Positions 11,904 to 21,269 are shown, counted from the first letter of the stretch. The stretch is DNA of 64,000 nucleotides from an uncultured Planctomycetota bacterium (GCA_963845755.1 CAWJTV010000013.1:192001-256000); one strand, 5' to 3'. Notes: generated from the sequence alone by a model not told the origin. Numbers and translations are program-made.

Positions 11904-14482
11904 GTGAACACCCTGGACTTCACTGGCGCACAGCGACGACTCGTGGAATCGGTGCTCACCGCCTTGAGGACGCTTGGATATCGCGATGAACTCGTCGCCG
12001 AAGATTATAAATATCTTGATCGATTCGTAAGTCGCCATCCCCAAAGGCAGATTCGGGCAGCCCTCTTCGGTAGGACTCCTGTATCATATGGGACAGCACT
12101 TATCGGCGTAGCAGAGGCCAATGGGTCACACGGCGCGTACTTTGGTTAACGAGCATCGTTCGCTAGGAGCCCCGGTGGTCTTGGAAATCCAAGATGAAAC
12201 CATCGGGATTTGGGCGGTCAGCAGGGAGGAAGGATCTGCCTATCTTGAGCACAGCGTTGATGAAGTTGGATTTCGGCGGTGGATAACAGACAACGAGAAA
12301 GCTCTCCAGCCGAATGAGTTCTTGCGGACGAAGGAAGGCGTCGGACGCGTCCCTACTTTTTTCCAACCTAGCCTTTTTGCGGGACTCATCCCCGAGTTGG
12401 AATTGAAAATCAGGAAGTCTCTTGATCCGATCTTGCTCCGCGAAATCAAGGCCGGAGTTGATGCGTATAGGGGGGCTAAAGGCTGCGACCCACCAGAACG
12501 AGAGTTATTCAAGCTCGCGTTCTGGATACTGACGGGCAAGGTCTTCGCCGATCGGAATCACAAGGACTTCGCCGATCTCGATTCTCCAGGTAGTCCCGAA
12601 ATCGTTCTCAATCGGGTCGCCAAGCATTACAACCAAACCGAATACAAGTTGTTGAATCATGAGGCCAGAGAAGCCGTGTTCAGCCACGTTTGGGGTCGCA
12701 CGGATTTCCGCAACCTTTCTGTGGAGGTACTCTCTCAGATCTGGTCAAGAACCCTTGTTAGCGAGGAAACTCGGAAGAAGCTAGGTATCCACCGGACGAG
12801 AAGGAGCATCGTTCGTTATATCGTCGATCGCATCCCTTTCGAATCCTTTAATCTGGAGCACAGACGAGTATTAGAGCCGTGTTCGGGCAGTGCGACATTT
12901 CTTGTTGCTGCGCTTGATCGCATGCGCGACATTCCCCCTGAGATCTCCGACCCGGTGGCCCGACATGTTTACTTCCAGCGAATGTTGACCGGATTTGAAC
13001 GAGATCCGTTTGGGGTTGAGATTGGGAGCCTATGTCTCGCGTTGGCCGACTATCCTAATCCAAATGGATGGAACATAAGGCCAAGCAATGTATTCAAATC
13101 GCCAGAATTCGGCCCTGCTTGCCAGGTTGCCAGGATCGTGTTATGCAATCCTCCTTTTGAAGATTTTGATGACGAGGAATACGAAGAAGTGAGGGCGACC
13201 ACAAGACATAAACCTGCGGAGTTGCTTGGCCGCATTCTCGACTCGCTCCATCCGCAAGGGGTGCTTGGCTTCGTTTTGCCACGGTCTTTCCTTGACCACC
13301 GTGGCTACGCGCCGATTCGCAGAAGGATTGTCGAGCGATACGGTAGCATCGACCTCTTGTCCCTCCCCGGGAAAGGATGGGAGCATGCCGACAAGGAGAC
13401 GGTACTCTTGATCGCGACAGATCCTGCCACGCACACGCAAGCAATCGTATCATTTGCGAAGGTGAAAGAGAAGCACTGGCGCGAATTCGAGCGGCTCCAT
13501 GAGGTCGATTTTCGTGCCGAAGAGAGCAAGTCAAGCGAAGACGCTGACAAATCGCTCGCGGTCCTCGAATTGAAAGAGGTTTGGGATTATCTCGCCTACT
13601 GCCCGCAGCTTGGCGAGATGGCAGAGGTTCGAAAGGGGATTGAATGGAGCTTAGACCAAGAAGAGCATCGCGACCTGCTTGTTCGATCAGAACCTCGGGA
13701 TGGCCATGATGATCGTGTTGGTATTGCGCCTCAAGCGTCACCGTTCTTAGCCTTCGAGTGCACCGCCCATTGCTTATCTCAACTTCGATACAGAGTATCA
13801 ACGACGGCCCAACTCATTTGAGCGGTCTTGGGACCAGCCGAAGATTATCCTGAATAGAAACCGCAAATCTCGGCCGGGACCGTGGAAACTCGCAGCATTT
13901 GCTGACTTCGAGGGGCTAGCGTGTTATGAAGCTTTCATCGCCGTATGGCCCAAAGACAACGGAATGATCGTGCCGATCGTCGCTGTCCTCAACGGGCCGG
14001 TCGCTAGCGCATTCGCGGCGGTAAAGGAGACGGGAGCCCATGTCATGGTAAAGACGATTCGCCAAATCCCCGTCCCATTCTTCACGACTCAACAAGCGGA
14101 AGAGATCGGGACGCTCGTGGCGGAGTATCGCAAGGCTATTGGAGCTGCTCATCCGCTTGCTGTCCAGCAAGCTTACGGGGAGGCCGATAGGCTGCTTCGT
14201 CAGATTGACGCAATTGTATTAGAGGCGTATGGCTTGCCGCCGAGGCTTGAACGCGTGCTTTTAGATTACTTCAACGGTTTCAACAACCGGCCGATTCCAT
14301 TTCGCTTCGCCGACTACTTTCCGCATGACTTCAAGCCGTTCTTTTCTCTGAGGGATTGGTTGACTCGGCGCCACGCTCAGGCAACGATCGAACGATTTCG
14401 GGGACAACCCCTGGAATTGCCCAGTCACATCCGCCGAGCGCTGGAATTGGCGACCAATGATGACGACGGGGGCGAAGAATGA
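11904..14482 (+). CDS. Amino (N6-adenine type) DNA methyltransferase, type IIG-like layout with TaqI_C-like TRD, two frameshifts
   Basis: Motif I VLEPCSGSATFL, motif IV NPPF, GVLGFVLP; C-terminal PKIILN...GPWKLAAF...AVLNGPVASAF. Joined from ORFs 11871-12149, 12121-13821 and the frame ending 14482. Confidence 0.85.
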
Positions 14483-14958
14483 ACGGCTATCTATTCGACA
14501 CGAACATCGTGAGTTTTTGGTTTCAGCAGAAGCCCGCGATAACCTCGCGCGTAGCAGCAATACCGAACGGGAATTTTTTATATATATCTGCTGTCACGAT
14601 AGGTGAAATTGAATTTGGCCATCTAAACATAAACGCCAAGGATCCTGCCAAACAAGCTGCTTTCAGGCGCTGGATTGCCGAGACCTTCCACTCGCACCGT
14701 CTAGAAATTACAAATGCCACCGCCGGGGAATACGCCAAACTCAAGCGAGCAGTTTGTGACACTTATTTCAAAAAAAATAAATATATAGAACTTCACGAAA
14801 ATGCCCAGGCTCATGTTCTGGGCGTGGACGAAAACGACCTTTGGATCGTATCCCAAGCGTACGAGCACGGCTTGAAGTTCGTTACATGCGACAAGATGAC
14901 TAGGATCAAAGAGGTCCTAGGACATATGGTCGATGTAAGCACTTGGCCTCAGGTATGA
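14479..14958 (+). CDS. PIN-domain (VapC-like) ribonuclease
   Basis: YLFDTNIVS, SAVTIGEI, DENDLWI, FVTCD; ATGA overlap with the MTase stop. Confidence 0.9.
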   Translation: MNGYLFDTNIVSFWFQQKPAITSRVAAIPNGNFLYISAVTIGEIEFGHLNINAKDPAKQAAFRRWIAETFHSHRLEITNATAGEYAKLKRAVCDTYFKKNKYIELHENAQAHVLGVDENDLWIVSQAYEHGLKFVTCDKMTRIKEVLGHMVDVSTWPQV

Positions 14959-14964
14959 CCAAGA

Positions 14965-15204
14965 CTATCCTTCTCCGGCTTTCGCCCCTGACGATCGAAG
15001 GAAAGCAACCGACTGCCCAGCCTTCTCCAATTCCCGCCTTGCTACGATCCGTAACCGCTCCCGCAGCCATGCCGAGAGCGAAAGACCTGAGAGCGTAGCG
15101 GCTTCATCGAAAGCCTGCTTCTCGGCGGCTTCCAATCGCACCTGCAACAGCACTCCCTTGGCCCGGTCCAGGTCCTTGGGAGGTCTCCCGCGTTGTTTCT
15201 TCAT
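14965..15204 (-). CDS. Small ribbon-helix-helix (DUF1778-like) DNA-binding protein
   Basis: RGRPPK followed by LQVRLEAAEKQAFDEAA..SGLSLSAWLRERL. Confidence 0.75.
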   Translation of the reverse strand: MKKQRGRPPKDLDRAKGVLLQVRLEAAEKQAFDEAATLSGLSLSAWLRERLRIVARRELEKAGQSVAFLRSSGAKAGEG

Positions 15205-15210
15205 GCCAGA

Positions 15211-15278
15211 ATTGTAATGACAAAAAACTTACGGGTCAAGCAGTCAGGTCTTGACTGTAAGTTTTTTGTCATTACAAT
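15211..15278. promoter_or_regulatory. Symmetric divergent promoter/operator
   Basis: Perfect 22-bp inverted repeat (15211-15232 and 15257-15278); TTGACN-N16/17-TACAAT on each strand. Confidence 0.75.
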
Positions 15279-15335
15279 AAATGTGTCATGAACGATGCCA
15301 ACGCGAACCCGACCTTCCTTGGAGGGGTCTGACCC

Positions 15336-15833
15336 ATGTCCGCGGTTGCAACGATCAAGGAGACACTCGATCCAACTGAAACCCGCCGACAGCGCGGGCT
15401 CGCTATTGCGGCCATGACTCGGATCGAACAGAAGAAATCTGGTCTCTGGGCAGTCCCAAGCCAGACCGGTAACGGCGCCTATTGGGTGCGGCTCGACTTG
15501 GAACAACCGACGTGCACCTGCAAGGATTTCGAGGAACGCAGTCAACCGTGCAAGCACGTCTTTGCAGTCCAATTCGTCAAGCAACGGGAATCCCATCCGG
15601 ATGGCACCGAGATCACCACCGAAGTCATGACGGTGGTCAGGCAGACCACAGTCAAGAAGCCGACCTACAAGCAGAACTGGCCTGCCTACAACAAAGCCCA
15701 GACGACCGAGAAGCACCGTTTCCAGGTCTTGCTTGCTGAGTTGTGTCGCGGCATCGTGGAACCTGTGCGCAAGACGACTCGGGGTCAACAGCCTCTCTCG
15801 CTGGCCGATATGGTCTTCTCTGTTGCGTTCAAG
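15336..15833 (+). pseudogene. SWIM zinc-finger protein, probably the N-terminus of a truncated transposase
   Basis: VPSQTG..Y.V...CTCKDF....CKHVFAV (SWIM), then TYKQNWPAYNKAQTTEK; the coding sequence breaks at the repeat at 15833. Confidence 0.7.
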
Positions 15834-16024
15834 GGGCCGAAAAGGGGGGCCGAAAAGGGGACGGAACGAATTAACGACCTTTAACAAAACAATTCGCTCC
15901 GTCCGTTTCGCGGGCCCCGACCCCTTTAGCGCAGGGGCCGAAAAAGGGGACGGAACGAATTAACGACCTTTAACAAAACAATTCGCTCCGTCCGTTTCGC
16001 GGGCCCCGACCCCTTTAGCGCAGG
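15833..16024. repeat. Tandem pair of 88-89 bp GGGGAC-tagged palindromic units plus a partial copy
   Basis: Units 15846-15933 and 15934-16022; each holds the inverted arms ggacggaacgaatt / aattcgctccgtcc. Confidence 0.9.
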
Positions 16025-16084
16025 CGGAGAACGGAAGGCGTGAGTCATCGGACATGACCGGCCAACCCAACACAGGAGAACCGG

Positions 16085-16315
16085 ATGGACTGGCAAGATC
16101 GAATCAGCGTGGACCCGAAGGTGCTCGTCGGCAAACCCGTCATCAAGGGGACGCGCATTGCTGTCGAGTTTGTCGTGGACCTTCTGGGCCGAGGGTGGAC
16201 GACGGAGCAGATTCTCCGTGAATACGATCACCTGACCGCCGAAGACATCCAGGCGTGTTTGGCCTACGCGAGCGAAGTCCTCAAGTCGGAGCGGGTGTAC
16301 CTCTTGCCGACATGA
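16085..16315 (+). CDS. DUF433 antitoxin-like protein
   Basis: RISVDPKVLVGKPVIKGTRIAV...ILREYDHLTAEDIQACLAYA. Confidence 0.92.
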   Translation: MDWQDRISVDPKVLVGKPVIKGTRIAVEFVVDLLGRGWTTEQILREYDHLTAEDIQACLAYASEVLKSERVYLLPT

Positions 16316-16326
16316 AGGATCTGGCG

Positions 16327-16725
16327 ATGCGCTTTCTCGCCGATGAGAACGTCACCGGGACCGTGCTTCAGGAATTGCGGCAACGGGGGCATGATGTGCT
16401 CTCGGTCAAGGAGTCGATGCGCTCCGAGCGGGATGATGTGATCTTGGCCCGTGCCCAGGCGGAACAGCGAATCGTCATCACTCACGATAAGGACTTCGGT
16501 GAGTTGGCCTTCCGGTCGCAACTGCCTGCTTCCTGCGGCGTCATCTTGATTCGGTTGGCAGGGAGCGAATCCGATACGGACAACCAACGGATTCTCGAAG
16601 CCTTGGAGAGCCGGACGGATTGGACCGGGCATTTTTCGGTCATCACCGACAACAGGATCAGAATGCGAGCGTTGCCCGTAGTTCCGCCGCCCAGAGGTGC
16701 AAGACCGAGAAAGCGCAAGAAATGA
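16327..16725 (+). CDS. DUF5615 PIN-like toxin
   Basis: MRFLADENV...GHDV...ITHDKDFGEL...GVILIRL. Confidence 0.9.
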   Translation: MRFLADENVTGTVLQELRQRGHDVLSVKESMRSERDDVILARAQAEQRIVITHDKDFGELAFRSQLPASCGVILIRLAGSESDTDNQRILEALESRTDWTGHFSVITDNRIRMRALPVVPPPRGARPRKRKK

Positions 16726-16900
16726 CCGACGCCAGACACAACCTAATATATAAGTAATATCATATTCTGGGAAAACCGGGGACATAGGGAAAACCGGGAA
16801 GGGATGGGACCCGGGATCAAACTTTGTTATTTGTTTCCGGGCGGCTCGCTCATCGGCGAGTCAAACGGCTTTCGACCCTTCTCGAACAGACATTCACCCC

Positions 16901-17797
16901 AGCGCGGAATTGCGCGGAATTGGTGTCAGCGCGGAATTGGTGTCAGTGTGCGCCGTGAAAAGGTTTCGGATTTCCAGGGGTAACCATGCCCCCCGGCAAC
17001 TGGGTCGCTCCAGCCGGAAGCTATCGGAGCGGCGGTGGAGGTAACGAAACCGTCGGAGCCTTCGAGACAACGGGCCACAAGGTGGTCCGGCGATCAGGCA
17101 GGCCGTAACGCGAGTGAACGTTGAGCAGGCCTCGAAACATTTAATGTGGGCGCCGACCCGGCACTGACACGGGGAAGGCTGACATCGCTGACGATCAAGG
17201 CGAGGCTGGAATACGCCGGACCACGAGCGAACCGTCCCAGCGAGCCCGCCGGGGTAATGACGACGGCATGCCTGGATGGGGAAACCGAAGCAACACGGGA
17301 AACCCGCGCGGTGAGTCGCGTGGACTCAACCGGACGCCCGTGAGGGACAGGCCGGGCCGCCTGGGGTGGCGGAGAGCCTCGTAGTACCGTGGACGCCGGG
17401 TAACTCCGGTCGAGGGAAGGGGACTCAGTTCAAGGCCCGTGTCGGAAGGGGCCGACAGCCGGGAGATTGGCGCAAGCCTGCAAACTCCACCCACGGCTGG
17501 GACGTTCCGGAAGGCATGACATCTCATCGGCTCACCAGCCTACGTGGGTCGGTGAATGGGGCGCCTTGTCCGAGAGCCGGGTGCGGGAAATCCGCCTGCC
17601 CGGTTCGATGAGCGGGGTGTGGAAACGGGGCATGGTCGAGATGGTGGGACACCCGCAGACGAAAGGGCGGGCTAACAGGGGAAAACAAACTTCGACCTAA
17701 ACTACCGCGCCACACCTCGACTCTACTCATTTTTCCGCCGGAAAAATGAACTGACACCAGACACGACCGGAAAAATGAACTGACACCAGACACGACC
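16901..17797. repeat. GGTGTC-tagged palindrome split by the intron, with stuttered half-sites on both sides
   Basis: Joined exons give ggtgtcagttcatttttcc-gcc-ggaaaaatgaactgacacc; gcgcggaatt(ggtgtca) is repeated on the left and ccggaaaaatgaactgacaccagacacga occurs twice on the right. Confidence 0.85.
16948..17726 (+). ncRNA. ORF-less group II intron (779 nt)
   Basis: 5' GTGCG; domain V gagccgggtgcgggaaatccgcctgcccggttc (17574-17606); domain VI ending cgactctAC; EBS1 actgac(ac) at 17163 complementary to the 5' exon; no RT ORF. Confidence 0.9.
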
Positions 17798-17988
17798 AAA
17801 AGACTGATCGCCCCGAGCGGCGGCCGACGCGCCGACGGAGGGTCGGTGACGATCCGGCACCACCAGCCGGGCTCGGTTAGAGCCCCTCACCAATCCCAGG
17901 GGCGCGCTTCACACTTTTCGCGCGCAGAAGCGGAGCGATCGCGCCCGGAATTGTGGATCGCCCCGATCGCCGGCGTTCCGAGGGAGGT

Positions 17989-18501
17989 TCAGCGATTCGC
18001 CAGCTCCTTCCACGCCCACAGGCACGCCAGGAAGAAGCGTTTCTCATCGGAAGACGCCAGTTCCGTGAAGGACCGGACTCGACGCTCGACCAGATTGATC
18101 AGCAGGAGCACGTTCGACCGCTTGAATCGGTCCGTCAGGTCGTAGTCGGCGACGTGTCGTCGCTCCTGGAGTTCGACGAAGGTCTCCGCCAGTTCGCGGA
18201 TCTCCGCGGGGATCGCGAAGCTCCCCGGCAGTCCCTTCGCGACGCCTTTCTTGAGCGTCCCTCCGCCGAACGACTTGCAAGCCTCCTTCATGGCTCCGTG
18301 GACAAAGGCCCGCCCCAGGACCTGCCGGTACGGGGCCTGGTTGTGGTGCGACCCGATCTGGATGCGACAGGCCTCATCCACGAGCATATGGAAGAGGGCG
18401 TAATACGCCGAGGAGATCGCACGACGTAGGTTGGCCTGCTTCGGTTTCTTGGCATCGAGCTTCGCCAGCCGGACCGCTTGTTCCAGAAGGTCCTTGTACA
18501 C
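17989..18501 (-). CDS. HEPN-domain protein (putative toxin)
   Basis: LRRAISSAYYALFH and LQERRHVADYD motifs. Confidence 0.8.
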   Translation of the reverse strand: MYKDLLEQAVRLAKLDAKKPKQANLRRAISSAYYALFHMLVDEACRIQIGSHHNQAPYRQVLGRAFVHGAMKEACKSFGGGTLKKGVAKGLPGSFAIPAEIRELAETFVELQERRHVADYDLTDRFKRSNVLLLINLVERRVRSFTELASSDEKRFFLACLWAWKELANR

Positions 18502-18504
18502 GGC

Positions 18505-18816
18505 TCATTCCTCGTCGTCGTCCTCTTCGAGCTCGCTCGGCTTCGCGAACCCGATGTAAGCCCACCGCTCAACGTCCAGCTCACGGATGCGGCTGCGAAT
18601 GGCGTTCACCAGATCGGAGAGGTCTTGACCACTCACGTTCTCGACGTCCACATCCTCGTCGATGACGATCGTCACCCGCAGCGCATCCTCCCCGTCCGAG
18701 TCGACGTAGTCCTCGACGCGGATGTTGACGACCTTGGGATTCCGCGGCAGCTTCGATTTCACCTTGCCGAGCTTCAAGGCGTCCTGGACCTTCTGGATCA
18801 TCTGATCGACCGCCAT
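18505..18816 (-). CDS. Small acidic partner of the HEPN protein (MNT-like antitoxin candidate)
   Basis: EDYVDSDGEDALRVTIVID; ends 3 nt before the HEPN start; GGAGG RBS. Confidence 0.7.
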   Translation of the reverse strand: MAVDQMIQKVQDALKLGKVKSKLPRNPKVVNIRVEDYVDSDGEDALRVTIVIDEDVDVENVSGQDLSDLVNAIRSRIRELDVERWAYIGFAKPSELEEDDDEE

Positions 18817-19009
18817 GGTGTCACCTCCTGGGAAAGCCGGGCTGCTGGGAACGCGACCGGTTCTCCCCACAGCCATCCTACCAGATTCCTGGCCCCGCTC
18901 GCTCGTTGGGTGTCGCCGGGGGTATCCGTCTTCATGTCGCCTGACACCTCCCACACGCCCTCTCAGGGGCCCCGATCTCTCGTTCGACTCACGCGCTCAC
19001 CCCGGCGGG

Positions 19010-19114
19010 GCAGGCCAACGGGGACGGAGCTGAGCAGGCCAACGGGGACGGAGCTGAGCAGGCCAACGGGGACGGGGCAGGCCAACGGGGACGGGAGCAG
19101 GCCAACGGGGACGG
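19010..19114 (+). repeat. Five stuttered copies of gcaggccaacggggacgg
   Basis: Copies at 19010, 19034, 19058, 19077 and 19097 with 1-6 nt linkers. Confidence 0.9.
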
Positions 19115-19118
19115 AGGT

Positions 19119-19695
19119 GAATGGCATTAAGGTCACTAAACCGAAGGGGCATCAGGTCTTGAGATGACAGGGGCTTCCGCGCACCATGGTATTTTTCCCC
19201 GGCACCCTGGCACAGGAGGCCCCCGCGATGCATCGACGGATTTCTACCCTCCTTCACCGGCTCCGGCAAGACCTCGCCGCCACCCTCGGCACCGACTTCA
19301 TTCTCGCCGCCTGTCTGGCCGCCGGCCACACGTGGAGCGACGCCGCTCTCTTGACCCCGCCGGCCATCATCCACTGGTTCCTCATCCAGATCCTCCACGG
19401 CAACACCTCCTTGACCCATGTCTCCCTCCTGGCCGGCCGGGCCTTCAGCGACGCCGCCTTCTGCATGGCCCGCGCCCGGCTCCCGCTGGCCGTCTTTCAG
19501 GCCGTCCTTCGCCACATGGTCCGGGCCGTGATACCGGACACCGAGGCCATCGGCCGCTGGCGCGGCCATCGTACCTTCCTGGTCGACGGCTCGTCCTTCT
19601 CCATGCCCGACACCCCGGTCTTGCAAGACCACTTCGGTCAGCCCGGCAATCAGGCCAAGGGGTGTGGCTTCCCGGCGGCCCACCGGCTGGCGCTG
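19119..19695 (+). mobile_element. Truncated IS4-family element (transposase start 19228)
   Basis: LLTPPAIIHWFLIQILHGNT...FCMARARLP...WRGHRTFLVDGSSFSMPDTP..GCGFP; breaks at about 19695; probable left end gaatggcattaa. Confidence 0.8.
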
Positions 19696-19830
19696 GGGGG
19701 AAGTAATGGGGACATCGCTAAATCACCCTGCGGGTTAGGCAATCTGGAAAGGCGTTCGTCTCTCCCGACGGAGCGACCCCCGCCCCCGATCGACTCTACG
19801 ATCACCGTCAGCACTGATACAGTGGGCGCG

Positions 19831-19921
19831 GAAATGAAGAAAGTTGTATCCGGCAGGCCGAGTCTGCCTGGGATCCGGCGAGGCTCTGCCCCGGCCCGCC
19901 GGATACAACTTTCTTCATTTC
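19831..19921. repeat. 91-bp MITE-like inverted repeat
   Basis: 30-bp arms gaaatgaagaaagttgtatccggc(a/g)ggccg with 1 mismatch. Confidence 0.85.
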
Positions 19922-20042
19922 TCGTCCTAGCTGCGTCCCCGTTTCTCGTCCCCAACGGTACATCTCATCCGACCTTCGGGCACCTTCTCCCGGGGGGAGA
20001 CCGTGGGAACGAGGGACGGATTCGAGTCACGGTGTGAACCAT

Positions 20043-20107
20043 GTCGGGTGCTCTGTGAGCACCGGCACGGCCACGGCCTGCGCCTCGGTGCTCGCAGAGT
20101 ACCCTAC
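20043..20107. repeat. GTAG-type REP doublet
   Basis: gtcgggtgctctgtgagcaccg ... cggtgctcgcagagtaccctac; a related single copy lies at 34540. Confidence 0.7.
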
Positions 20108-20138
20108 GAACCGCCTTCCAGGCTTCTTGTACACCCTT

Positions 20139-21269
20139 TCAATTCTTCGTCCGCGCGTTGGCCAGGGCGAGCAGGGCGAAGGAGGTCACGATGTGGGGGT
20201 CTCCCTCCATGAAGCGGTCATCCGGGTTGGCCCAACTGCCGTTGGCATTCTGCCGCTTGGCCAGGGCGGCGACGAGCTCGGTTCGCCAGGTGTGCTCGGT
20301 GCCCTGGGCATCCACGAGCGTGGGTTTCCCCAGGAGGGCCATCGCCTTGGCGAACGTCTGGTAGTAGTAATAGAGCCCGCGCTGACCCTGGCCGGGGTTC
20401 TCGTCCAGCGTGTAGTTCTTCCTGATGTATTCGATGGCCGCCTTCACGCGCGGATCGTCCTGGGTGAGCCCCGCGTAGATCATGCTCTTGAGTCCCGCGT
20501 AGGTCATCCCGGCGTAGGAGCGGAGGCCGCTATCGCCCTGTTTCTTGGCCGTTTTGCCGCGTCCGCCCTCACTTCCGGCGGACGGGTTGTAGACGAAGCC
20601 TCCGTCGTTGACCTTCCCGGCCCGCGGCAGGTCGTTGAACTCGCTCTGGAGATTCTGGCACCGCGAGACGAAGATCAGCGCCTTCTGGAGCGCGGGGTCA
20701 TCGGGAGGCAGGCCGGTGTCGCGTAGGGCCTCCACGAAAAACGACGTGTTGGAGAGGTCCGGCCGGCTGTTACCGCCGCCGTAGCCCAGCCCGCCATAAC
20801 TGGGATCATCCCGCCCCTTGCCTTCGCCCTCGTCGAACTGGGTCGACTTGAGGAAATCCTGGGAGCCCTTGATGATTCGATCGTAACGCCCGCCGCGATT
20901 GGCCTCATGGAAGGCCATGAGGGCGACCGAGGTCGTGTAGACGGAGTGCGGCGCCTCCGATAGCCCGCCCTTCGGGCCGATGTACCGCTCGAGGAAGGCC
21001 AGGCCCTTGGTGATGGCCGGGTCGTCGGGTGCAACTTGTCCGGTCCGGAGCATCGCCGTCACCACCAGCGCCGTGATCCCCGGTTCCCGGTCGCCCGACC
21101 AGTTCCCATCGCTCCCCTGGCGAGACCTGAGGAAGGCGACCGCCTTGCCCGCCATCGCGGCGGCATCCGGCGCTTCACGAGCAGCGGCCGGCCACGTTGC
21201 CAGTCCGATCAGGCCCGCGCCCTGAATGCCTCGGGCCAGAAACGTCCGTCGCGAATAGATCCTCGTCAT
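20139..21269 (-). CDS. Tat-exported prenyltransferase/squalene oxidase-repeat protein
   Basis: SRRTFL twin-arginine signal; RQGSDGNW and RQNANGSW repeats; DLSNT motif. Confidence 0.85.
   Translation of the reverse strand: MTRIYSRRTFLARGIQGAGLIGLATWPAAAREAPDAAAMAGKAVAFLRSRQGSDGNWSGDREPGITALVVTAMLRTGQVAPDDPAITKGLAFLERYIGPKGGLSEAPHSVYTTSVALMAFHEANRGGRYDRIIKGSQDFLKSTQFDEGEGKGRDDPSYGGLGYGGGNSRPDLSNTSFFVEALRDTGLPPDDPALQKALIFVSRCQNLQSEFNDLPRAGKVNDGGFVYNPSAGSEGGRGKTAKKQGDSGLRSYAGMTYAGLKSMIYAGLTQDDPRVKAAIEYIRKNYTLDENPGQGQRGLYYYYQTFAKAMALLGKPTLVDAQGTEHTWRTELVAALAKRQNANGSWANPDDRFMEGDPHIVTSFALLALANARTKN

Noticed and set aside
15846..16022. Possible mini-CRISPR
   Set aside because: The two units are near-identical along their whole length, so this is a tandem duplication.
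17146..17799. Short ORFs inside the intron
   Set aside because: No RT motifs; they are incidental frames over structured RNA.
17800..17885. Possible integron attC site (ggttagagc)
   Set aside because: No matching RYYYAAC/GTTRRRY box pair with a convincing stem, and no integron integrase in the window.
19010..19114. Possible CRISPR array
   Set aside because: The 18-bp repeats have only 1-6 nt linkers, there are no unique spacers, and no cas genes are present.
19770..19800. cgactctac resembling a second group II intron 3' end
   Set aside because: No domain V upstream; the match is too short.
19696..20037. C-terminal part of ORF 19186-20037 as transposase
   Set aside because: It is read-through into repeat DNA after the IS4 truncation.
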